Shown in pieces: positions 41,392 to 53,300 of a stretch of 64,000 nt of DNA. A model generated the notes under the pieces. The model saw nothing but the letters and a program-made list of their open reading frames with translations, did no database searches and was not told the DNA's origin. This DNA comes from Yuukianura sp. NJ FZ-2021 (Eukaryota). Each line of letters starts with the position of its first letter. The stretch's first letter is position 1. Position numbers and translations under genes: made by a program. The stretch is taken from the NCBI GenBank assembly GCA_046563655.1, contig CM102285.1:12586001-12650000 (forward strand), read 5' to 3'.

Positions 41392-44300
41392 CTACAAAAA
41401 AGAAAATTTACAGTAGCTAATAAAGCAATTTGGATTCAAAAGTTTTAAATTCAAAAGAGCTGAGAGTAAACAAGTCTCCAGTAGAAATTGTAGGGGCAAT
41501 GTAAAACTTTACAACAAATACCGGACGCCTTTGGTCTAACTGCAAATAATCATCAAGTTCTGGACGAATTGTTACGTTTTGTAACGGGAAATAAAAGTTT
41601 GAGAAAATTCAGAATCATAAACTGAATTCAAATTTGGGAAATTATGATAGTACCCTAATTCTGTCCAAATTAACGTTAAGAACTTTATCACGCAATGAGA
41701 GTTCTGGAAGAACAGGCGCCATTGTTTTTGGGTTTTGAGTTCATAATCATTAACTATAAATCTAGTTCCAGTTGTGTCTAGGTTTATAAAGTAATTACAA
41801 AAATGAAAAGGTCAAAGGTCATGCCTAAAAAAAGAAATTGATACACTTACCGTTCAAATTCTGTCAGTCGAGAGGAGTCACGAAAACCTTTGGCAAAAGG
41901 ATTGGAGTCAATCTTTAGCTTTGTAATCTGCAAGGAAAAGAATACATTTTTGCATCATTTTTTAGCAAAAAATTTGCCACAATTTACAATTTTTGCTTGA
42001 TTGTCATTTTTCTACTTTTCTGGGTCTCATAAAGAGGAAAACTAAACGAAGCCTGAAGTTTACTTTTTCGGAAAAATGAAGCGAAGTTTTAAAAAAGAGA
42101 ATTATGGAAGTGTCGTAGATTTTTTCAAAAACGGGTTTTAGACCACAGCCTCTTGGAAATGGGATTCTAAGGGAGCGGTGAGTCTGTCCCTGATGAATTA
42201 TGGGACTTGGGGGCCCTTCAAATGGTCCATGGAGTGTGAGTAGCTTGTTCGCAAGGGAGAGGCGACTGTAGTGCAGTTCTGAAGAAGATAATTGGGCCAC
42301 CCGGGTAGGCTGAAGATGATGAAGTGGCGAGAAGATCACTTTTCTTCCCACATCTTCTCTGCATCTTCCAAATGGAAGACACACGGAAGATCAGGAGGCA
42401 TTTTGCATGCTCTCGCCTCTTCAAATACCTAACCAACTTCCTCACTTCCTCTACACAAAAATTAGGCTTCCAACACCATAGGATTTCTCAACTTAGGCTC
42501 ATAAATTACCAAAACACTTCACCAACACCTTCCTTTTCAAATAAGTTCAGCATTTGTATGAGTTTGAGACTCAACTTAAACGAAAAGAAAACAAAGCTGA
42601 GAAAATTTCATCAAAATTTGGCTTATGGAGGTTTGGAAATTTTATCAAAATTTGAAAAAACGAAGTTTCGAAATTTCAATTAAAATTTGACACAACATGC
42701 TTCAACGCCGTCATCATCTTTGAAAAACTCCGAAATAGGAAGTTTAACAAGCTCTTGGTAGTTCATTGCATGATGCACACGTGAATTTGAGATTTTGCCA
42801 CTTTTTTGAGTTCTTGAAAATTTGGTTTAGTTCAAATTTCGAAATTTGGAACTTTTAGAACACACAGGACTCAGAATTTGTAAGATCGCGTAGAAACTGA
42901 CGATTATAAAAACTTAGGCGTCGAAAGATCTCGTTTTGACTCTCATTTCAGAGAGATGAAGATGCATCAAGATCAATGTTTTTTTCCGCAGTTTTTACAG
43001 AATGATAGACAAAGAACAGTTAGATTTAATTGGAGCACTTTGGACCACTTAAGGAAACTTAAAGAAACTAAAAAACTAAAATGGAACAAACTCCGTTTAT
43101 GATGAAAAACGTTCCGAACAAACACGACTCAGGCGCCCATTCCCTTGTTTCTTCATCTTTAACATGAAAGTTGTCCAGGAAAACCTGTTACAGCGTCAAG
43201 ACACATGCTACAACCAAGACTCAAATACTGGCAGTATTCAATGCTGGACTAATGACTAATGACTCTTTTCCTCGACGGCTGACTCTAAAGATGTCTTATT
43301 ACACCGAATTTGGAATCTTCTGGATCAAAGGTGTTTGGTGTCATTTCAACTATTAAGGAACAAACCAAATTCAAAAAAAAAGTTTCAAAAAGTATAAAAT
43401 AATGAGGAGCAGTCGAAATGATAGGAATTACAGGGTCTTTTAGGCCTGAAATGACCCTGTATTAGGTTAAGGAGATGAGTGGATAAGGAAAGGACGGAGA
43501 AAACAATGCATGCATGCTAATGATTCCCTTAAGTCCTGCATAAGGGGCCCTTCAAAGGGCTCTACCATCAATCATGGACATGCCAAGGGCCGCCACTAGA
43601 AAGAAACATAAGAAACATGGACACGAACAAAAGACCCTTCATGTTTCCTTCTAATGACAAACTCAAAACAACTGCCTCTTTTCTATGTTTGAGCAAATTT
43701 TGACTTTGTTTCATAAAAAAAGAGTAACAATTGTTTCACTTTTAAAACAAATTGGCACCTTCCTGCTTTTTTTTTTGTCAAAATTTGGCATGTTTTGCAA
43801 AAACTCCATACAACTTTTTTCTCTCAATTCTCCAGTCCTTTGCAAGCAATCAAATACAGTTTGAGGTTTGTGCCGCTCCTGTAAAGTGAAATTTTTTCAA
43901 AAATTTCGAAATCCAAAAACCCGAAAAAGTTCAAAAGCCAATCTTTTCACAAAATTAGTAAGCTAGCCTACCTCAGTACGTTTCATGCGAAAAATAACGT
44001 TCAACATGTTTTTCTCAGCAAAGTCGAATTTTCTTTATTATGATACATGCGCAGCGGTTGTTTCTTTTAAAGCTTTCTCCACTACTTTCATTTTGAAAAG
44101 GCGTGAGACATGGACATTGTTTTTCTTAACCGTTTCAAAAAACAATTCAAATCGTGAAAAGTTTTTGTATTCCCTGCTGAAACCTTTCCAGTTTTTGCCG
44201 TGTCTAACTCGAACAAGCCTTAATTCTGCTGATCATAAATTGATGAATCCAAGAGTTATGTTTTGTTAGGGTTTAACTGATGGAGAAATTAAAGTAAACG

Positions 44301-47300
44301 GAGGAGCAGAGTGAAATAAGTAATGAAGGACGTGCCTATCATCCAATCAGCCATTTTGACTGGAACTGCCTTTCGTGCAAATATTCTTTAATGGCTCCCA
44401 CCACTACTTCTTCAATAGAAGCGAGTTAGCATGATTGCATGATGCTCAGGGATGGAACTTTTGTCATTTCCTTCAATTTTTTAAACACGAACCTCACATC
44501 CTTCCACACTCCAACAAGCGTCAAAATTCTGCCTCAAAAAAACACTTCCACTATTACATTTCCAGCTCTTTTTTCAAGCTTTCGATTCTAAAAGTAACTT
44601 TCCAACTTGGATTTCGATCCAAAACCAAAAACCGAAAAACAAAAAAAAAATCAGCTAAAATTTAACAAATACAAAATCTAAAATTCTAAAACTTTCGAAA
44701 AATAAAACAAGAAAATGAAAATGTTAGATTTAAAAACAAATCCTTCATTTTCACACATTTTAGAATCATAATTTCAACAGGACGGGGCAACTGTACCTTC
44801 GGTTTTAAATTATTTTTAACAGAATTTCATTTTCGAAAGCGATGGTGAATCTTCACAATGACAAAAAGTTCAAACTAAAATTTCAGTGAAGAATTGTCAC
44901 CCGTTCAAAATTGTCTTTCCTGACATGAAAACGCTTATGCGAGTGCACTCACTATGCTTATAAACTGTTTTTCTTTTGCTCAGACAAATATGTAAGGTTA
45001 GGATAAGTTAACTTACCAATTGATTTTGGTAGGCAGTGACAGCAGTGAAAACGGTTTCGGGGAAGATGAAAGTTCGAAAGTACTCTGCGTCGAGATCACT
45101 CACAAACGCCCCATTGGCCATCATTCCCTCACGCCATTTGACCAGATGAATCCGCGGTTGGTAGCGATGCATAGAGTTCAGCACCAACTGCTTTCACCAC
45201 AAGAGAAAGCAAAACCACAATCAGATCAAAACGACTAATCAAGAAGATTAAACTATTTTCGAAATTTTGAGTTTGAACAATTGAAATTTTTGTTTCGTAT
45301 GGGTACTAGAAGGAGCATTGTTACAAAATTTTTGCTTTCTTTTATACTTACATGACCATGTTTATCCATTTCATTGTTGGTGAGTTTGACTTTTTCAAAG
45401 GAAACGACTTGTTTCCTCAGTTGTTCTCCACTGAACGGAGAGTCTGGGTGGATGTGGAGCCTTGGTGGGGCCGGTGGGTCAGCTTTTCCCGCCACGAGCC
45501 ACGACGACCGATGATAAGCATAACGATAGCGTTTGCTGTCCACAGGTACAATGTCCAAGAGTACAGCATATCTGAGGTCACTTGGGAGGCCAGAGAAGGA
45601 GGCTCGAACCGTCGGAAACATCCTCCTGCAATAAGGCCATGACAGGCAAAAAGTTTCAGCGTAAAACTTCAAAACCTTTTTTGCTTTCTTTTTTCAAAAA
45701 CTCCATTTTGGAAATTTTGAAATTCAGAGAGAGAGCGGAAACAGACTTTTTGGGTTGAGAATGGTTTCCATCTGGATGAAATGAAATATGGAGATTTCCT
45801 CTACTCAGCTGCGATGACACTTTATTCCTCTCCAGTGCCAACAAAATTTCAAAAGTGTTTTGGAAGTGGAGCAAAACTAAGAGCCTACTTGACATCACTG
45901 TGCACAGTTCCTAGGCTGTTCCATTTCAAAACGAGATGCAAACAGCAATAATCAAGGAGCAGAATGTTCCTTTTGCCACATTCAAAGATGGAAATGGATG
46001 ATTTCCTTTGCTTGAAATTTTGAAGACAGGCTCATTTCAGCGCTAGAAACGGCGCCCATTTCCCAAAATGAACCTATTCTCAAGACCTAGAAGATAGTTT
46101 CTAGTTTCTAAAACTAAAATTGATGTGACTCGAAACTACTCCGAAGGCATTCCAAACCTTAACTAAGCTAAAGGTCATTAATTTCTTGGTTTTGGCTCAT
46201 GACACTTTACTTTAGCTTAGTAAAATTTTAAATTTTTCGAAGTTTGAAGTGCTGGATTTAGGTTCGGTCGTTGGGGAAAGGAAGGAAGATGCTCTTAGTT
46301 TACCAATCACCAAGTGGGAGAGATGCTTAGGGTTTTGAGGGAGATGACAACTAAGGAAAAATGCGTGGAAACGAAGAACAGATCGTTAGCGTCTTCCCAC
46401 TTGGTTTAACGAGCAGCGCTCCGCCTCATTCGTAGCCAAAAATAAACACAAATGGGATCTTCCCCTCATACAAAAGTCATTTTCAACTTCACCAGCACAA
46501 AAACCCAACCAAAATCTGTTCTTTGCTGTTAAAAATCCAAATTTTGAGGCTTTTGACTTTAACTTTATCCGAAATCCCTCATTTTTAAATTTTTGCCATC
46601 ACTATTTTAATAGTGACTTTCACTACTTTCACTAAAAATTTCAGAATTTGAAGATTTTTTCTTCCCATTTTTTTTCTAAATTTGAACTGAGAAATTTTAT
46701 TTCAACTTTCCAGGATGTATTTTGTTTAAAAAAAAGTTCGGGAGGGGAGGTGGATCATGAAAAATGTAGATTTTGAAACTTTTGAACCAGACGACCACTG
46801 AATGTTGAAGTGAAAAAGTGAATAAGACGCTGATCTTTGGCTACGATAGAAAAAACTACTCTCGCTACATCCGAAACCCAAGGAATAATAATTCCCCTTG
46901 CTCAAATTTTACTTTCTCTCCTACTTTTCTCACTTTTGGAGCGAAAACTTTTGAAAAACTTTTTCCATACTTTTTTTAAAACCAGAAAAGTAAAACTTTC
47001 TGTTCCCTCGTTCTTTAACATTCCAGTGAGAGCTGGAAGTCATCACGGAGACTAGAGGAAAGAAATGAAGTTTGGCTTTTTGGAAGAGAGATAAAATCCA
47101 TGAAAGTTTTTGGCGGTTCGAGGAAAGTAGGAAAGTGAAGCGGTAAAGTTAGCAAGGCACTTTCCTCCTTCCTGATGGAAACTTTGGCGTAAATTATCTG
47201 CCAAACTGAAATTAGAAACTGTTAATGGTCTCGCATCGACGCTCGTCTGGAATATCGTCGGGAAAGCATAACCTAAGTGGCCTCTCTCCAACAACCTAAC

Positions 47301-50300
47301 AACCTACAGGCAGCCATTAATTAAACACGCCCAGGCTACAAAACCCTGGCGGGAAATGACTTTCTCCTAAAATTTCTCGTTCCGAAATGACTTCTCACAA
47401 GTTCTCAGTTCCGCACCTCCTTGTTTCTATCGTTGTGTCTCAAAAGTTATTTCTCCTGCTCTCTCTCTGGAACCTAGATTTTAAAGGGAAGGCGTAGATA
47501 GTAGAAGCAATTCAAAAGTTCTCACACCATGGCAAAACTTTAGCTTTCCTGTTATATAGTTATGGCCGTGAAGAGTGGTTTGCCCTTCCAGGAAAGCGAG
47601 GGCGGTAAAACCAGCCATTGCAAAACCTGGAGAAAGTTGCCCGCCTGTTATTGATCAGAGCTTTCTCCAGCAGCGAAGCTTCCTGCGCATGTCAAATGCC
47701 TCTGCTCCTCTTTTCCAAGTTTTACCAATCCCGTTTATGGTAGAACTCCAATTCCTCTAGAAAAGTTCTTCCTAAGCTCTTAGCTCCTATCACCAAATTC
47801 TTCTAAAGTTCTAAAACTTAATTTAAGATCCCGAGACAATGGAGTTTGGAGACAGGAACTGTCATTTGTTCACAACTTGAGAAGATGAGTGTCATCAGGC
47901 TTATTTCCCCCGAGACCCACCAACTTTTTCAGTTTTTTCGGGAGGTGAAAGCTCACTTTCTCCTTTAAAAAAATGTTCCATTTTGTCCTTGAATGGAATT
48001 GTCAACTCTAACAACTTTTTTTGTGTTTCAAATTTTGAGAAATTTGGAAGAATGGGATTAGAATTTCCACAAGAAAAATGAATGCTGTAGCCTCCTGAAG
48101 CTCCTCTAATCAATATTTTACGAGACTAAAACATTGGCAAATTCTCACTTTGGGTGAAACTTCTCTCCGTCTGCTACTTCTCACTCAGTCATGTTGAATG
48201 ATAGCTTTGTTCTTTATAAATTTCTTACTGAAGTGAGAAAGTGAGGAGGCTAAAAGTGTTTTAGGAAATTGAACTTTTGCGCTCGCCTATCATCCATTAC
48301 AGGAAGCTACGATAGGCGATAGGCTAAAAGCTTTTGCCTTTCACATGTCGGCGACTTGAGAAAACCATTTTTTTTTGTTCAGCAGGAGAGAAAACTGAAA
48401 GGAAAAAGACGGAAACAGTCCTTCACCTTTTCAGTTTCCATAAAAATTTCAGAAATTGGAACAAAATTTGAAAATTTGAGCTGATAATTGGGTGAGAACT
48501 AAAATTCAAAAAACAAATCACAACATCACACTGCTGAAGGTCAACTGGATGAGATATTAATTTTTCTGCATGCCAAAATTAATAATAGTAGTGTGCGGAA
48601 TGGAAACTTTTGAACATTTGATTTTTTTCTCCTTCTTGAAAATAAAATTTGAGTTTACAGTTAGTTTTTTTTTCATGAAATAAAAAGTAGTTTTAAGTTC
48701 ATAAGAAATGGGCAAAAGGAAGGAAGGAAAGGAAAAAGAGCGTCAGTTCCATTAGCATTCAGGAAGCGACAAAGCGAGAAAGTCATCTTGTAGACTGGAG
48801 TGGCATAAAAAATTAGTGTAATTCCACTGCCACTTGCAGGAGCTTCCGAGCTCTCTCCCAAAGTTTCGCTTCGTCGCTACTTATTTGAAAAGTCTCGGAA
48901 ATGATTTCCCGGTTCGGTACTTTCCATGCGAAGACAATAACATTAGGAAGGACATGTCTCATTTAGTTTACACATTCAAGGAAGAAAGCGACTTTCAAAA
49001 AAAAAGCGCTCGCTGCTTAATAAATGAAGGGGTGAGGGAAGCCTTAAGTGAACCCCAACCCTAAAAGGTCGTGAAGACGTCTTGTAAATAATTCAGTTTA
49101 GACGAGAAAAGCTCTCAAGGCCCCACCGTCCTAGCGGTTCTGCATTTTTGAAAAAAAAAGTTAAAAGGGCAAACCGTCACTGTGGCTTTGCTCGTAGTGG
49201 GAAAGTTACTATTAATATTTAGTTGGGTTGTTAGTGGTAGGAAGTAGGGAAGTCTCTGAACTAATCATGGAAAATAGGGTCGACAGGCTGATGGAGGTTC
49301 GTAATTGGCACTAAGGTTCCGGGGGTTCGAACCCTGGTGTTGGTAAATTTTAGCTAATTCGATTACTTGTTGAGGAGAAAGTGGGAAAGTGCTTTCTCCC
49401 TTACACATTTAGTTCCATTTCAATTTACTACAATTTATTCACACTAACATAACTAACCAAACACTTCTTCGCTAAAACCTAACGTAGCACACTCAACGAA
49501 ATAGGCACACCATTTAAAGAATCTAAAACAAACCCTGCCAATGTTTACACAGACTCGGTTTACACAAAAATCAAGACGGTGGAAAAATTGTTCCAAAAAG
49601 TCGTTTTTTTAATTTTGAAACAATTGGAGAAATGCTGTTGTCTGGTTCTGTTTTTAATTTTTTGGGAGTTGTAATGGACTTTGAAGAGAAAGTTATGGTA
49701 AAGGGTGCTCTAGATTTGACACCCTTGGCCCCTGTAGTTACTCCCTCTGGGTCAACTTTTCCCTTGACTAATCTCAGTATTACTTTTAGACACGCTCTCA
49801 ATTGAACTGTTGATCAAATCCCGTCCAAATTGGCAGGGAGGGAGGCCAAGGGCCCCCTTTGGTCCATAAAACACAATGGGAGAGTTAGGGTGTGTCAAAG
49901 TCATCTCAATTCTAGCTATGATCTTCATCATCAACTTGATAGGCTAATGGGCGACACACACTCTAATCTCAAATCTTGTCCCCAAATCTAAATCTTTGTC
50001 TAAACTAATTCCAACCCAGTGTCAACTTTCCAATTTTCAAAATTTCAAAACATTTCCTTTTTTGAAAAGTTTGAAAAACGGCTTTCTTGTTCATGGCTAT
50101 TCAAATTCACTTTGGTTTTTGGTTTTACAATATGTTTGTAAATGATTTTCATATAATTGAGACTCATAAAAGTCTAAGTATTGTTATTTAGAACAGAAAT
50201 TTGAAAGTCGTAAAATTTACAATCCTTCAAGCAACTGGACAGAAGTCGGATTGGGCCTAATAAAATTTTGGGCTTTTCTAAATTTCAAAATTCTGGTAGT

Positions 50301-53300
50301 GATTTGAGCATACTAAACTGTTGTGTTGTTTCGAGGTGTGATTGAGTCACTTTTTGAAAGTGACTCAATCCTGTTTTCTGAATTTGAGGATTGCATGATG
50401 ATGAGTTTGAAAACTTTTTTACCCGAGTTGTTCAAACAAACTAAAATTGTGGAAAAAGTCACAAGAGAATTTTTGGAAACACGAATTGCAGTGTGACCAA
50501 CCACTAAAACGAAGCGGTTTGAACCCAAAGTTAAAATTTTTGGTAAAGTGACTATGAAGGGGCTTTTGTTGCCATTGCCTGTTCTTTTTTCTGATTGCAT
50601 GTCAACTTTAGCACAAAAGACGGGCGGAGTCTTCGTAAGTTTCCTCGTCGCTTGTCGCTTCCCAGCGTCGTCCATTTTGTGAGAAGCTCTAAGTGTTGCA
50701 ATAACTTTAGTTTTTTTTTTGGTAAATTTAGGGAGCGGTCCCCACAAGCAAGCAAGCATCGAGCGAGCACAGGATACCGACAGGACATGACAGTTGAAGT
50801 CACGCTTTCATAAATTTCGCATGATTGTTTCTATCCCTTAATCAAGGTGGGTGGAGTTGCTTAGCAGAGTTTTATAACAATGAAATCGTAGGAGCAACCC
50901 TAAACCCTTTGAAAAAAAGATAGCGTATTTCCTGCATGCAAAACTATACGAAACGGCTCCTCCCAACTTTTCTCTTGACTGTCTACAGCCGGAAGTAACC
51001 CTTTTCCCTAAAGAGTTCAAAAACTTTCAACCAAATTTGAAAAGCGGGGAATGAAAATGATGCTTTCGTGACGAAAAGGGAAATTGGTTTCGACAAAAAA
51101 AAAACGCCATGGTTCAAGCTTTTTGAAAAACGCCATTTTTAAAAACCATTTTTCTGTACACCGTTTTCTCACATGCGGGCGTAGCGTTTTGGGACAAATT
51201 TCTCCTCATACCAAATTACTTTTCCCGGATTTACAAAAAAAAAATTGAGTAAAGTACGGTATGAATGAATGTTATGGGAAATTATTGGTTAAGTTAGCTT
51301 TCTCCGCTTATGGGTTCTGATTGGACGTGACAGAAGTTGTTGGGAACGGTAATAATTCATTATGGTTTTGACGTGGATTGGGAAATGGAAAGTGGGACAT
51401 TGTCACGAGGCGACTCAATTGTCTTCTCCTGTCCTTCCATGAATAAGTTATTGCCGAAAGTATCACTGTTAAAGGACATGTGATCACAGAGTCCGATTGG
51501 TAAAGAATAGATTTCTCCAAATGTAATTGAAAGAATAATCTCATGTATTAAAACTTACCTTCCACTTTTCGTAATGATCATTTCTGTTCCCAGTTCATGG
51601 AACTTGTCCCAGAGTTCCTTCGTTTCCAAATGACAAATGACATGACTCAGTTCATCACAATTGCAACGCTCCAGAAGAAGCGGATTCTTGGGGCCTGGCT
51701 TAGTGGAGGATTCAGCCGTAGTTGCTGGGGATCGAGACCTCCGTCGATTACCGTAATTCCTCTTGCCAGGTGAAAGGCTGCTTTCACTTTTCCCATCTTC
51801 GCTGTTCACTACTTCAATAGTCTCGTGGGAATCAGAAGTCGACGAGGGCAGAATGTCAGGTGAATCAAGAGGACTACGGGCACTACGACTCATCGTCACT
51901 TCGTCCTTGACCTCATGCAGAGACTCTGGAGAATCCAGAAGTGACATTTGACCTCGACTGGACTCCACAAATTTTTCTGGAATGAAAAAAATGTTGGGTT
52001 TCATGATCATCAGGATTGTCAAAAATATGGGCTAAAAACCTACGAAAGGACAAAAAAATATTTTTTTTTTAAAAAAATCGCGGCAATATTGATTTATTTA
52101 ACATTAATGGTAGGGGAAAATAAATAACTATTTAAATAACAATAAATATATGTATAATATAACTATAAATACACAAGTAAGTAAATTTAAATGAATAAAT
52201 AAACTTCTTGCAAAGACGATGTAAATAAGTATCGTCAGATCAATTATAGAGAGTTCCCGCGCGAGATATTGTTGACCTAGATCTCTCACATTGTTAGAGG
52301 TCAAACAGAAATCTTAGTCCTCGCGTCGTCAAACAGCGATGCCTGGTAACCACTTCCAAATCGTTCCGTCCTTTTCCGAATTATAGAGAAAAGGAGGACC
52401 TTGAGCCTTGACCCTGCTAGAGGTCACTAGAACTGATCAAAATGGGATCCCCGTAAACCGCCACCAAATCGGTCTATCCGTTTCCCAACTTGTACAACAA
52501 AAATGTCTTTGACATTTGACCACGTTAGAGGTTACTCAAGGTCATCAAAGCTGGATTTCCGCAAACCCCTTCCAGTCTCAAATCACAAAAATACAACAGT
52601 GTCATTTTTGATGTGTCAAATTTGAGATGTATCTCGCCTCATGCGCTTTTTCAGATGTGTGAAAGTGAAATTGATGCGTCTCAATTCCTCATGTCTACGT
52701 GTCAATTTGAGATGTGTTTTTGGTGCAGGTGGTTGACCTAAGGCACAGTCGAATCCGTTGTATACACCCAGTTCATTTACCCTCACCACTATTAAAAATC
52801 GTCCCCGACTTCAGAATTTGTAATTCGTTTCACATTTATTGTTAACTTTTGCTAACGATGCCAAAATTAATTAAACACTACAATTACTTATCGTAGCACC
52901 ATATCAGAAAAAAACTATGCAGTTTTTCTACCGGACAAATTGCTGAAAAGAACACTTTCACACAACCAACCAACCAACCAACCAACCAACCAGCCAACAA
53001 CCAACCCACCCGCCAACCAACCAATCAACCAAACAATGAACCAACCCGGCAACAAACCAATCAACCCACCAACAAACCAACCCGACAACAAACCAACCAA
53101 GCAACCAACCAACCAACCAACCAACCAGCCAACAACCAACCCACCCGCCAACCAACCAAACAACCAACCAACCAACCCGCCAACAAACCAACCAAGCAAC
53201 CAACCAACCAACCAACCAGCCAACAACCAACCCACCCGCCAACCAACCGACCAACCGACCAACCAACCAGCCAACCAACCAGCCAACAACCAACCCACCC

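Noticed and set aside
49290..49345. GGTTCGAACCC B-box-like motif suggesting a tRNA or SINE
   Set aside because: No cloverleaf, convincing A-box or poly-T terminator could be built.
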